A stretch of DNA of 63,530 nucleotides, counting the filler, from Licmophora abbreviata (taxonomy: Eukaryota): assembly GCA_900291995.1 (NCBI GenBank). It is 15 parts of 15 records of this genome, joined end to end, with 100 filler letters (N's around TTAATTAATTAA, not from the genome) between each part and the next. Parts side by side here need not be neighbours in the genome. Positions count along the whole stretch, not along the records: positions 40,183 to 48,815 come from OLMU01000315.1; positions 48,916 to 51,874 come from OLMU01000316.1; positions 51,975 to 54,884 come from OLMU01000317.1; positions 54,985 to 56,364 come from OLMU01000318.1; positions 56,465 to 62,318 come from OLMU01000319.1; 10 more parts are not named here. The stretch is one strand, 5' to 3'. The position numbers and the translations under genes are program-made. Below the pieces are notes generated by a model. The model was not told where the DNA came from. It saw nothing but the letters and a program-made list of their open reading frames with translations, and did not search any database. The first letter of the stretch is position 1, and each line of letters opens with the position of its first letter. Below, piece after piece: positions 45,576 through 59,074 of the stretch.

Positions 45576-46731
45576 ATGATGATGACCATGACGATTCGAA
45601 AGCGTTTGCTGCTGTTCCTCCATATAATCGCTCTCTGGGGATTCTCCCACTCAGGCCAGGTAGAGGCGCTCCAAGAACGTGATCGTCTGCACGAGTACCG
45701 GAAGCGCAATTACACATGGCCGCTCTTGGAGACAGTTCCGAACATGCAAGGCTGGAACGGCCTCCTGGAGCGAAGATTAAAGCAAGTGGCAGCCATTCGA
45801 GACACGGATGCGCGCTACGAGGGGTACCTACAGCTCATGAACAGTGCCGTAGTTTCGCCTAACTTTACCGAAACAGGATGGGGCTTGTCCAAAGCTTCGG
45901 ATGAGTTACTTCAGGTCCTTCAAAAGGGAATCCGTGATGGATTGGGCGATGCGAGATCGGAAGGCGACATTGACGTCATTGAAGGGGACGCGCCCTTGTT
46001 CATTGATCGCCCAGATCTGACAGCAAGAGCAAGTCTCATCGTGCAAAGACATGCACTGTAGACTTGCCTGAGTGTGAGGTGTCGATTTTGACGTTTGGCT
46101 CGTTCATTTTTTGTGTTGTTCACGACACATTCAGGTCCTCAAAGAGCTGCAGCCACTCGAGGAAGCGTGGTCGGGAGTATCCCTGGTCCCCTATCGAGCG
46201 TATGGATTTCGCTTGTACCAAAACAATTCGCGTCTCTACATGCACACGGACAAGTCCCGCACCCACGTGATATCCGCCATTCTACATATCGACCGGTCTG
46301 ACGACGCGGAACCGTGGCCGATTGTCATTGAAGACTATTTTGGATACACCAATGAAGTGTTATTGGAACCAGGTGATATTTTATTCTATGAGTCGTCCAA
46401 GTGTTTTCATGGACGGCCGAAAAAGTTTCAAGGCAGCTGGTACACGAGCGTGTTTGTACACTTTCACCCTGTCGGTTGGACGGAGTTGAAAAACCATGAC
46501 CTGGAGATGCACTATGCGGTACCGCCTGTCTGGACTGCAATGCCACCGAAGGCCGCAGAGGAGACATTAGAAATGATTGGCACATCCATGAAGGAGCCAG
46601 GGTGTCCCAATGTTTGGTGTGATCTACAGACTGCGATCAAGTGGCAAGGTCCGGGCGAAGAGGGATATGTACTGACGTCCAACCAACAAAAGTTTAAGCT
46701 ACCCGTACAACAGAAACGCGAGGAGTTGTAA
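45576..46731 (+). CDS. Secreted/ER 2OG-Fe(II) oxygenase (prolyl-hydroxylase-like); GC-AG intron 46029-46134
   Basis: Signal peptide; YGFRLY, HTD (HxD), HVISAILHID, WPIVIED, YESSKCFHGRP. Confidence 0.8.
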
Positions 46732-47015
46732 ACTTACCATGCTGTTGTCTAAAATGTCTTGCTAGAGGTCAATGAATGCCCCCTTTACGATCGCGATAGA
46801 GGAGTGTCGGGCATAATGAAGCTGCGATTGTGAATTTGGAATGCATATATTTAGTATTCACGTATGTTTATATACATAATCTTTTCCAGGATACGCCATC
46901 AACATTCATGCACATCGAGACGACCGGCGACAGCACCATGGTGGCGCTGTGAACATCCCAACATACACTTGTCATTCTTATCGATCCGCAAGTGCTGCCT
47001 TGAAGGGTCATAAGC

Positions 47016-50000
47016 ATGGCTAGCCAGACGAATAGGAAGCTATCTCTGATGCAAGAGTCTCCGACGGCGACGAGCAAAGCAAAGACTCCGTCACCTACGA
47101 AAACGTCGACTGCGCCCAGTTCAATGTCAACCTTGCCTCCTTTGTCCTTTCCACTTCAGTCGTCATCATCTTCTACTGAAAAGTTGACCCCCTTGACTGA
47201 CAATCATTCGTCTTACGCATCGGTCGCCCGTACGTGTCTTGCGATAAGCCAGCAGATGGCTCGTGACAGCAGTACGTCTAGCTCTACTAGTAGTATCTGC
47301 CTCGACACACACTATGTCAAAATGGCATCCTCCAGACTCACGGCACTGATCACATGCCTTCAGACCCACGACGATCGAAGATGCCGTATTCTTGCAGGTA
47401 AAACCCTCGCAAACCTTGGTCGATATTCCTACGGTCGACTACGCCACACGCCTATTCTATACGGAGTCCGCGAACCGGCACTGCATGCATTGGAGGATCT
47501 AGTGGGGACCGATGTGCCTGTCGCGCTATGTACTGCAGCACTAGAGGATATGGATGACGGTGTGGCTGCGTGTGCAGTTCAGGCCCTTGCTATGTTGACA
47601 TTGTCGACGGATGAGCTGATGGACGAAATGGAGACAATCGCGCACGCGCGGTCGTCCCAAACAACGTCCCTGCTGTTGCCGCTCTCGGACGAGGACCCGT
47701 CGATTCCCATGCAGGAACTGCAATCGCGTATTTACGAAAATGTCGTCTCGGCGAGATTGTGGAGATTGTTACAGCGTATCTTTCGGTTCACACGGTCGCA
47801 TCAACACAAGACTCTGCCATTCCTCGCTGACTGTTTGGTTCATTTGGTGCAAACGACCACGTGCTTCGGTATGGATCGAATGACGTATGCGAAGCGATGG
47901 ATGGATGTCGATGTTGTACCCATGGTGCAAGATGTGGTGGAGCGAATGCTTGTGCCTGCCATGCAGCACCAGGATAGTGATATGGCGTACACGGCTGCGA
48001 GGAGCGCGCTGCGACTGGCGCACGTGTGTCCTTCCGCGTTGTGGGTCCAGCAAGCATGCGAATGGGCCGTATTGGTCTTGTCGGAAGTTGTTGGCACCGG
48101 TGCGACCAAGACATTGGAGGATCGAATGCTATCCTGCGCTGCCTTGCTGGTTGCGATTCGGGCGATACCTCTCCCCGAACGGACACGGTCGCTGGTACTG
48201 GTGGTCAAGCTAGTCAAGTCGTTTCCCGCCACAACGCGTGCACCGCCAGGGGTGGTGTCGGCAGGCATTCGCGACAAAGCCACGGGAGCGTACCGACGTC
48301 CAGCTCGTGTGGGATATTGTACCGAGTTGGCTCTGGCGTTCCTATCGGACGACCCGTTATCGACCGCCAGCGACGCCCACGTGCGGAGCAAAGCACTGGA
48401 GAGGTTCATGAAAAGTTCATCCGTCGTTTCAATATTGAACACGAGATCAAAGAACTTGGCAAGCGATACTGTGTCTTCGTCTTCCTTTCTAGGAACGCAT
48501 GTCGGAGAAGAGTTGGTGCTTGCCTTTTGCCGAGTCGCATCCCACGTGGGTCGGCATGTCATACTTCCATTGGATCGCAGGTCGGAGAACTTGGCGCATG
48601 TGGAAGAATGGCTTCGCTCCTCAGTAGTTATCTTGTCGGCCCTACGCCCATGCGTCAACTGGAAATCGCACCATGTAGATCCGGAAGAGGCCGATGAAGA
48701 CAAGCGAACATTGTTTACGATGCTCATGAGCGCACAGTTGTCCTACGTGCAGCTTCTACTGGAATGCGCCCTCGTCGCCGCATCACTGTCTCCGATTTCG
48801 TCTGTGTCTCTTGCTNNNNNNNNNNNNNNNNNNNNNNNNNNNNNNNNNNNNNNNNNNNNTTAATTAATTAANNNNNNNNNNNNNNNNNNNNNNNNNNNNN
48901 NNNNNNNNNNNNNNNGTCTGTGTCTCTTGCTGTCTTGCCTTTGGCAAGTCAACCGGAATTGCTCCTCCTGGAAGAGGCAGCAAAAGCTGCATCGGCCTTG
49001 TCGGAGTTCGAAAGCGTAAATGGACTCGAAGTTTCTGGTAGGGACTTGAAGCGCTTGTCAGACAAACTTTTGACCGATGCTGTTGCCAATGGCATACCAT
49101 CGCGACACATAAGAATCAGTGTGTTGGCGGCATTGGCCGATCAATGGGTGGAGAACTGTCATGAGGCAACTCGACGCTCTTCACGTTCACGTGCAAGAGG
49201 TAGTAGCGACAAAACTTTGAACGACTCGACGGCGAGACAGCTGTTGATGAATTTGTCTGACGAAATATCTCGTCTGGGCAAGAGACGACCGCCTGACGAC
49301 GATGAGAAGAAGTCAAGGAACTCCACGAGAAGGCTTTTTGTGTACATAAAGGCGTGCGTTGCTTGTATGGAGAATATCTCTCTTGCCGCGCTCGAATGGG
49401 GGCGAAAATTAGCAGTCAAGAAAGAAGATAGTGCCTTAATTGTCCAAGCAGCCATGGAGGCTCTCAAGGGAACTGCTACCCAAGTTGACGTCAAGGCTTT
49501 ACGGCTCTGCGAAGAGGCCCGAAAGCGCATACAGCATGATGCGAGTCACGCTTCGGACTCGTCAAGCCCTTTAAGCGGCAGAAGTAAGGTTGGACTTTCT
49601 ACCTTGATGGCAGATTCGGAAGCTCGCAGCCGCTCAACCGGGCTCGATCCGTATATTGGTGACAGCGACGAGCTCGCCATGGATGAGTTGTCGGGTAGCA
49701 TCTACCACGATGGGCACTTCGTGTACTACAGTCACCAGATTATGAACTCTCGCACCGATGTGTCAGTCTATTCGTCTCCATTCAGTTCTCTGGGCGTCTT
49801 GGGAGAGAGCAGGGGAGCAGACCAGTGCGCTTCAATACGAGTACGCGCTCCTTTGCGCCTATCGATGCCATCCCTTTCTTCGACGAGAGACTTCGATGTA
49901 GCTCTCGGAACTGGTGCAACCATGAGCTGCACAACCTCGGCCGCCATGACCACGGGTGGCTCCGATCCAGTTGCAGTTTATCTCGCTCACGTTGTTCGTC

Positions 50001-50896
50001 GGTCACCACGCTACGACTACGAACCCGAGTACAGGCTACACGTTACGATGCGCTTGACCAATACCACAGCCGTCGAAATTTCCAAAGGCGTTCGATTGCA
50101 CCTCTGTGCAGCGAAGAAGAACTTGGAAGCAAGCGAGCGCACATTTCGCACAGCGTTCAGTGCCGCATTCAAGCATACCATCAAGCCTTCGGAGAACGTT
50201 ACATGGGAGGTCTCGCTTGGAAACTCCTTGTCTGCTGGGCAGATCTCATTGTTCTCGTCAGTCACGTTTCGAGACATTGAAGAGAAGCAGCTGAATGAAC
50301 GTCTCGTTAGAGCTGAAGGAGAAAGTCAAGACCAAGCTGAGATCTCAACGAGAGTTTCTCGCATTGCGATGGAAAATGAAAGCAATGTCGACGAGGTGTC
50401 AGATAGGACTCTTCCCTGCGATGTCATGACAATCTCTCTGATGGAAATGCTACAACCCTGTCCGCTTGTATTTTTTGGAGGGAAGTCTGGCAATGAAGCT
50501 GCTTTTCGTTTCTTGTGGACCCAGGTGCCCTTTCGACTCCTTCCGATTAAACTCAAGAAAGACTCTCTGAGGCACTCAGCTTTGGAAGATAACTTTGGAG
50601 TCATTGTTTCGAGACTCTCAAAACTACCTCTGGCTAATAGCAGCACAAGTGATCGACAAGGTGAAGGATGGGCGTTTACATCGCTTTCGGGAAAGCTTGT
50701 TCTATGTATCCTTGTGATAGCAGGAGAGGCCCCTAGCGACTCAGATCCGATCCTCTATTGTAGATCGGATGACGTAGATCTAATGATGTCTCTTTTTGCG
50801 ACTACGACATCGAAATGGGGTTTGGTGCGATGCCTGACAGGAGGTCTCTGGCACTCTGAGGAGAAGAACGTCTCCTTGTCATCGGCATCGCAATGA
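47016..50896 (+). CDS. Large HEAT/ARM solenoid + appendage protein, beta-adaptin/beta-COP/TPLATE-like; continuous across false gap 48816-48915
   Basis: Helical N-terminal repeats; TGGSDPV..Y, L.VTMRL.N.T and FRFLW resemble appendage domains; a 16-nt overlap keeps the frame. Confidence 0.55.
48816..48915. other. Artificial spacer between overlapping contig ends
   Basis: 48800-48815 is identical to 48916-48931. Confidence 0.96.
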
Positions 50897-50954
50897 AATT
50901 CGACACGATGGTATTATGAGTCTTAACCCCACCCTAGCTATCGACCGCACCATA

Positions 50955-53900
50955 TCATTCTGTAGATAGAAATTCGCTGGTTATGAGAGAGCGTTGCCGC
51001 GACAAGGCACAGGGGAACGTTTGCGCAACTCGAAGCTCCACAAGGTTTGAAGTCAGTTCCGGCGACACTTCTCGGTATGCAACTTCTGAACGGGGCAAAC
51101 CTGGGTCGACTTCAGACGAGCTTGACTTTCGATAATAAAAGCGTTTTGACTCCCTGGCTCCAATACCAAGACCAAAAGTCTGTTTTTCTGTCCTCCTTTT
51201 TGCATCTGGAGGCGGAATTCCGATGTGAACCATCGAAACTTCCAGGTATGTGGTCGATTCGAGCTCACTGGTCGTCTCTCCAGCGCGACCCCCAATTCGA
51301 AATAGAATCGAGCTGTTGGAACATTCATGCGCTAACGCGGATCGCAAAGGTTTGCCGAATTCTTGACAGATACGGTCCTCGAGTAGGATGGGCTCGTCGT
51401 TCTTCCGTGATAATGCAGATCTGACGACAGACGTCGGCACCCGACATATGCAAGCATTGTCCCATTCTAGAAAAGTTGGAATTGTCGTACTCTCCTTGAA
51501 CCTATCAGGTTTCTTCCCTGATACCAGAACCCGCACGTAGAACAGTTGTCGAGGGTTTCCAGAATTCGTTCGCTCTCGCTGCCCCGAAATGCCGCTTTCA
51601 GGACTAGTTCTCTCCAGCAAGTTCATTGAGAGCGTGGTCAACTCTCCATTGAGGTGCATCGAGACTTCCTGCAATGCTGCGGATTCCTCCACCAGTCGCC
51701 GCCGCGTAGCGACAGGAATGCGCAATGGCTTTGTAGAAGTCGTGGCGTGATGGTCGTCAAGTGCCTTCATCACTATTTTCAAAAGACCCTCTACTCTCAA
51801 TTTGGCGAGACCTTCCATCTGGCCTTCCCTGCTGTAATTTTTTACTAGCCTCCTTTGTCACAGATATAAGCATCNNNNNNNNNNNNNNNNNNNNNNNNNN
51901 NNNNNNNNNNNNNNNNNNTTAATTAATTAANNNNNNNNNNNNNNNNNNNNNNNNNNNNNNNNNNNNNNNNNNNNCTCCAGACCTTTCGAACGTGAGGCAG
52001 TGAGTCAGAAATCGTTCGAGCGCAGAGAATCAAAGTCTCCGCTGCCTCGACCCACCGCCCTTTCGCCTCATGAAGTCTTTTTAGCGTAAGAAACCAACGC
52101 AGTCTCTGAAGCGGCGCTGTCTCGGGGCCAAAAAAGCTTGCGGCTTCATATAGAGACTCCTCATCCGCGTCAAAGAGAGACAACTCGTCATTTCCAATAT
52201 GAATCTTCGCTCCGAGAACGCTGCACTGTTCGCCTTTCAACCGCAATTCTAGAAGTACCCCATCGATAATCGATTGACAGGCGCGACAGAACACCGACAA
52301 TATAGAAGAAAGTTGGGGATCAACACGGTCGTCGTCGACAGGATTAGCCTCTTCAATGTCCGCGAGAGCCCGTCGTAGCGGCCAGACGGCAATTCCTAGG
52401 TGCTCGAAATTAGAGACAAGTCCATTGACGCTATAGAGAGCGATCTCCCTCGCAACCACTTCTGGGATCAGAGTTGCAAAAACTTCTGTAATCTTGTCGA
52501 TGTTTCCCATCGCTTTGAAAGCATCTCCCAGGAGTGAAATAATGAAGTCGACAGCGATCGAACGGACAGACAGGGCTGTACTATTCAGCAAAGTGAGTAT
52601 GACGCGCACCCAGTGCTGGAGACTTGGTCCTGCACTCTCCAGGAATTGTTCTACGCCGAGTCTGTTCATCGTATGAAGGGCTCCACCGACGGCCCGAAGA
52701 TGGGTCACTACCGACTGAGGGGCTGTAATTATGTGCAGGAGTAAGTCAATCACGCCTTGCGATATTTTCTTTTCTTCGTTCGGGTAGGGTGACATTAGAT
52801 ATACGCACTCATCAACAAGCATATTAACTGTCGCCGAGATCGTGTTGGAACACTCTTGTAGGACCCATGGTGATATTTTTGTGCTGGTCTGACTAGACCC
52901 GTCAGCGACTGATTGGAACGTTGAAGTGCTCAACCGCAACAACCGGATAAACTTGTGCAATTCAAAAGCCTGGTTTGACAAACGAAACGATGTGAGTGAT
53001 ATGTCAGTCAAGAAGGGTAACCGAAAATTGACTTACCGGAGCGGCACAATAAGAACGCAAACGTTCCCTTATTATCGCCTCAGGTGCTTCTTGAAGCACG
53101 TACACGAAACAAAGAAGCCAGACTGACCGGACTTTGTGAGTCGTTTCCATTCTGGCAAGCCATCTGACGCTCCCAACGGACTTGTCGATTATCGCAGGTG
53201 CAAAGAGAGCAGCGATGCGACAGCGAGCCTTCTCAGTCTGATACCGACTGTCCATTGAGTGTCGCCTTAATAACAGTTCGTAGACACAGTTTAAGGAATG
53301 AATTGCAGTTGATTGAAACTTTAGGAGATCTTCGCGTCGGAGAGCCACCCCAGGTCTTGTCCTGAGGTCATCCGCAGATGACATAGGAGTGCCTAAGCCG
53401 CCCTTTGTGGTACTCTCAAGCTGCGCAATTGCTTCCGCAACAACGGCTTCGCAAGATAGAGAGCAGATGCTTAGACCCTCGAATGTCAACAATTCTGCGA
53501 GCCACCCACTTTTCGGAAGCCTTTTGGTACCATCTGGATATAAAGGAGCGTGGTCTGAACTTTCCCGGAAGTTAGGGCTTAGGCATTGTACAGTCCATGA
53601 TGTTGATCGAGGCTTGTCAGCACTGCCATTCTCTTTGAACCTGAGAGGGAAATTCAATGCAACAAAGTTGGGGATAACCGAGAGCTGCTCAATGACTCGG
53701 ATCCGAATTTGTCGACAGCAAAGCACGAGTCGAATACTATCCCGGTCCCACACAAATTGGTCGCTGCCATTTTTCTCCCTAGCAGTCTCAACCTCACATT
53801 CCCTAAGAGTCCCGACAAACTTGGACAAAAGCACCGATATATGGAACGGATGCATCACAGTTACCAAGCCTACAAGGAAGTCAAGAACTACTTTTGCGGA

Positions 53901-56900
53901 CGACAAGGCGCGAATCATAGCCATGTCAGAATCTCTTGTTTCGTTGTCCGAATACAGACTTTTACCAACAAGGACCCGCGCCAGCATTTCTACGAAAGTC
54001 TCAAACACTCGCATGTGGTCTTCGTCGACTAGAAAGCGTCTTCCAAGGTGAGGATCCATCGGAGCCGAATCACATCGAAGAATGAAGGATTTTAGACACA
54101 TTGGTAGAAGGAAGTCCATATTTCCGGCCAAAGACAGGAAGAGATCAGAATGGGGTCTTTCTGGGTCGTATGGCGGGATAGTGATAGCTGACGTGCCTTT
54201 TGCAGCCCATTCGGACCACGACTTCAGCCACAGCGGCATGATGACTGCATATAGAAATGAACCATGTCGTGAGCTCTCGAAGGACGGGACATCCGTAACG
54301 TGTACAAGAGACACTCGAGGAAGTGCCCGAAGAAGGCCTTTGACATGCCCAGCACCTGTACGCAAAACGGTGTGCACCAATTTTCCAGCAGCGATACATT
54401 CTTCGTCATCGTCAGAACCCGCGAAAACGGTTGCCTATCAGTCACGAAGGAATTACCGGGTGAGCCCAGTTGACAGAAAGCCATCACACAAAACGGATAC
54501 GGTGTTACCTGTGGTGTATATTGTTGGTTCTCCGTCGTAGCGTCGTCGTCTTCTCGCATTCGGTCGTTTGAGGAAAGCACAGAACCACTTCTTGGTTTCA
54601 AAGGGCTGTCGCCACCCGTATTCGCGAGCGTCACCGAAAGCGATGGCGCCATACAAGGAGCAATCATCACTTGTGCCGCAGTTCGCACGCGCTTCGCGAA
54701 TCCCAAACGATCCTGGATTCCTGCTTCAGGTATGTCAGGTACTTCTGCAACCGAGTTTTCAGTACTGTGAACTGTCTCGTTGCCTATTGGTTCTGAACCG
54801 GCCCTACCTTTGTCAAGCGAGCCATTGTCCTGCACCGACGGGCCATCATTGCCTGCTGTGAGGAACGTGGCGATGGTTTCGTCGNNNNNNNNNNNNNNNN
54901 NNNNNNNNNNNNNNNNNNNNNNNNNNNNTTAATTAATTAANNNNNNNNNNNNNNNNNNNNNNNNNNNNNNNNNNNNNNNNNNNNTGCTAGCTCCGTACAC
55001 TACTCGAGCGAACGGGACTTCAGATGAACCCATGACCGTCGCAACTCGAGCCCAACGCGGGCCTGCCTTATCACCTAAAGAGCGTCTCTTGACGGATCCA
55101 CCACCATCATTGGTAAAGTCGGCAACGGGTTCGTCCTGTGACGTTGATATCCCCGGTTCCACAGCTGATGCTTCCAGTGAAAACGATGAACGAGTTCTCT
55201 CCGGCTCTTTCCCAAGCTCACGCTTAACTTTGTCCGGTGGATCGTTTGCGACGTTGACGTCCTGTGAAAGCCCTGTCTCATCAAACGAATCCACAAAATC
55301 TTTTATAAACAAGTCGACATTAAATCCTTGACGACTAGGCGATACTCTTCTCCGCAGGCATATCTTCGCCTTGCGCAATACCTCGACAAAGCTTGTAAAG
55401 TTATCCATCAGAAACAGTACTCTGGGATCTACGCTCGTGCCGTCGGTTCCGTAGATCTGTCTATCGCCGTCGTGAACTAGACTGCGTAGGTATGCAATGT
55501 TCGACGAATGACCGACAAGATTGGAGAGGTGCATGTTAGAAAGGGAGTAGAAATTTCCAAACAAGGAATTCTCTGAAGCACTGGAGAAGATCGTGCTAAA
55601 AGGAACCTTCATGTCGACGATCGGCTCCGACGACGAAGACGATTTGCCGACAATGCTACGAGATGGTACAAGAGCCAGCTCTGTAAAATCTTCTCCTGAG
55701 GAGTTCTTTCCATCTGCGTCGCGACATGGAAATTCGCGAAGGGCAGCTGCGACTGCTGCATCCCCCACGTGTATCGAGCTGACCAGACGCGTCTCCAGCT
55801 GTAACTGAAACTGTCCTATCCGCAGACGATGGTTTCCATTTGGGATGATAGTTGTGACTCGAACGCCCGAATTCGCCTCTCTGGTCGAGGAGCTTGTTAG
55901 TGGAATAGTTGTCTCCGCAATAGAGTCACGAGAAATGAAATTACTTTGGCCAGATTGACCGCTGTCGTTCAGCTCCAGACCAAATAAGGTGAAGTGCAAG
56001 TAGAAATTTCCATCAAGGACTTGTGGGAGTCGAAGCTTGATCTCGTCTCGCAGCGGAATCCCTTTCTGCAAGAGATAGTTGGTCGATCGTTTCCCTCTGG
56101 GCATCTCTGCAACCTTCGTGTACACAGCACCGAGCATCTGTGGACCCGCCCAAGGCGCAGGGTTATGAAACGACTCAAGAGCTCTTTGAAACGATTCAAC
56201 TTGGCCCGTCTCCCCATCAATGTCAACGTAGCTTCGAATCAACTGTATTCGTACCGAATACGCCATGGCCCGTTGAAGATCGTCACTGCCAACCTGAGCG
56301 TCCGCCTCCAGTTTGAGACTCCTTGGATAAATGTACAGCATGTTGATGAAGGAGCGATGCGACGNNNNNNNNNNNNNNNNNNNNNNNNNNNNNNNNNNNN
56401 NNNNNNNNTTAATTAATTAANNNNNNNNNNNNNNNNNNNNNNNNNNNNNNNNNNNNNNNNNNNNGAAGGAGCGATGCGACGGCGGGGTGTCAACAGCATG
56501 CTGCCTTACATGTCTAGGGGGCAAATACAGCAGCTCGCGGATTTCAGCTGCATCGGCATATGAAACATCCACCGAGGGAGGCAGACGCACGAGATCCGAC
56601 CGTTTCCTATTGGGGTGAGCTTTGCCCTCGAACACAGCTACACTGGCTGAGCTCGGCTTGATCATCAAGGCACAACAGCCAGATGAATCAACAAGCAGCC
56701 GAGGAAGCTTTTCGGTCTTCCCCTCGAACGCCTCCAGCGCAGACGGAGTCTGCAGCATCGACTGGGTGAAATCAACGCCAAGGCGAGAAGTGAAAAGGGT
56801 AGCACTACCGGCAATCAAGTAAGAGGGCTCTAAGCTCGTGCTTGTTTCGCGAGTCTTCAAGCTCCGATCGCTTGGCGGTGGCGACCTTATCGTTGGCTGG

Positions 56901-59074
56901 CTTTTCAAGTTTCTAGACGTCTTCCCAGTCGTCGGTATTCTGACGGTAGGAGAGTTGTCAGTTAGCGAGGAAGATGATACATCACCGCTCGATAGAGCAT
57001 CCGTTGCCAGAGGCCTAGCGCGATCAAGCCTGAATTGTCCCTCTGGCCAGCTATGGTCGTGCCTCAAGCCGCCAGCTAATGTGTGGCGTACCTCGCAAGC
57101 TTCTCCAGATCTCGTGGCACTCGTCCTATCCTCAGATACAATCTGAAGCAATCTCTCAACGAAGGTGTCTTCCGATTCACTATATGAAGGCAAAGAGTAC
57201 AGATCAATCATCTGGGATTCCCCGGCAGGCCACTGTATTTCCGAGCTCTCCAGAGAGCCCTTTTGTTCATCTGGCGAATCGCCACATAGAGACGGGTTGA
57301 CTGGACAAACGCCGAAGCACAGGGGTGACAAAAACTGCGTCCCAAACGCGTCAAATATTGCGCCAGTAGCTGCCTTCGCGGCTACTAAGTCCACAGGTGC
57401 CTCGTCGCCCGTCATCACCGCCTTTGTGACCTTCCCAAGTTTGCTTCGAATGCGTCTACCGATACTCCTTCTCTTCTGAAAAGGGCTCTTGCCCTCCGTC
57501 GCCGATTCTCCTTTGGCGATGTAGGCGGCAGACGGGTTCCTTTGAGCTCCCTTGAATATCTGTAGTACGACGAACAGTGATTGTTGCTCGTCACAATTGA
57601 GTACATATGGATCGTATGAGAAAAGGGCCTTGTGCTTTCTGAGGAACCAAGCGTTCACTGTCTCATCGTCGATTTTTCCATCGACTGTCCTGGCCGCATC
57701 TAGATCAACTCGCCCTGTCCAGTTTCCGACAGGAAAATAAAACTCCTCACTTGTCTTCCCAAATGGTGACCCGTTCCGATACATCTGACCGTCCACAGGC
57801 AATGTGTAAAGAGTCAACGAGCCGATCAAGGGTTCAATGTCGCCCACGTCGAAATCTACTTGCAATGGACATGCCAAGCAATGAAGAGTACCCGGTGGGT
57901 GATCATGAAAAGGTCGGGGTCTCCACCCAAGCGAAGAACTAAAGGTCGAATCCAACGGTGGGGCAAGAACGGAGGTCTGATCAGGCTCCAACAATTCTTT
58001 CTTTCCGATTGGTGCGGATTGACGGGTCCCGCCAAAGTGGCGGCGATTGCGCTCCTTGGCAATGATAAGCTCTCTACCGGCAAGCGGCATCCCTTCCAAT
58101 CCACCACCATTCCACTCTCGATGTGCCTCGGTCAGAACGTCAGGGGGTGTAGAGTCTTGTATAGCCGTTCCCAGATCGTCGCCAGTGACTAGTACTACCA
58201 GGCGTGGACTGGCTTCCTCCCATTCTGTCTCCTGAGCAATTTCAGTCTGCTTCTGCTGAATTTCCTCTGGAGATGCATTGGGAAATCCCACATCGGATCT
58301 CATCGGTAAACGCAGCTTATGTTGCGAGAGTGTTGGAGGAGTTGGAGGGAGAACGGACATGATAGCTTGAATGGGGTCAATAGAGCGATACCTACCATCG
58401 CGCCGGTTCCTGTGGCGTCTACGCGCTTTCTTTTCGATTCCATCTTTTTGCTCATTGTCAAGGTCGTCGTCCCAAGGAACAAAAATGTCGCTATCCATCC
58501 CAACGCTTGGACTAAACGATAGCTGCCGTATCTTTGTGTTTCCCTGCACTTTATGCAGCAGCTTCAAGTGCTGCAACGAAGGCGACAGGCGTTTCCTCAT
58601 TGAGCCACTCCCCCGCATCCGTTCGGCTTCTGCGCAGATATGATGCCATTCCTCGACCGAGGCGGGAGGAAGCGGTTCAAATGCTGTTCTAGTAGTGAGA
58701 TCCAGAGTCCGAACCGCCACGCTCATAGCGTCCTGTTCGTGCTGAAAATCGCGGTGCTTTCTTGATGAGCCGCTGTCGCCTTTCGAAAAGGACACAACAC
58801 GTGGTGTTTTCTTCGGCGTAGACTGACTATGAAAAGTTGGGCGGGAGAAGCCAGCAGCGGAGTCAATTCTAGAAGGAGTAAACGCGTGCCCAGGAGAAAC
58901 GCCCGAGGTTTCGACAAGTCGACCACTGGAAGGATTTGATTCGAGGGTATCCACGGTCGGCGACGCGTAAATTGAAGACAAAACATGATTGTCGTCTTGC
59001 CCCTCTGCCGAACTTCTAGACGAGACCTGGCTCCCAGTTCTGCCAGCCTGGATGTCCTTCCAACGTGACTTCAT
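50955..59074 (-). CDS. DOCK-family (DOCK-C/D, zizimin/SPIKE1-like) protein with DHR-1 and truncated DHR-2; spans three gaps; introns 54435-54508 and 52970-53036
   Basis: IEPLIGSLTLY/SEEFYF; LYIYPRSL and DEIKLRLP.L....YLHFTLF (DHR-1 C2); RLRWFLTL.RLH...GRWVEAA (DHR-2 lobe A); FYY...TFPCALSRQ (lobe B end). Confidence 0.8.
51875..51974. other. Artificial scaffold spacer inside the DOCK gene
   Basis: 44N-TTAATTAATTAA-44N. Confidence 0.98.
54885..54984. other. Artificial scaffold spacer inside the DOCK gene
   Basis: 44N-TTAATTAATTAA-44N. Confidence 0.98.
56365..56464. other. Artificial spacer between overlapping contig ends inside the DOCK gene
   Basis: 56348-56364 is identical to 56465-56481; the merged frame reads SHRSF-INMLYIYPR. 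Confidence 0.96.
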
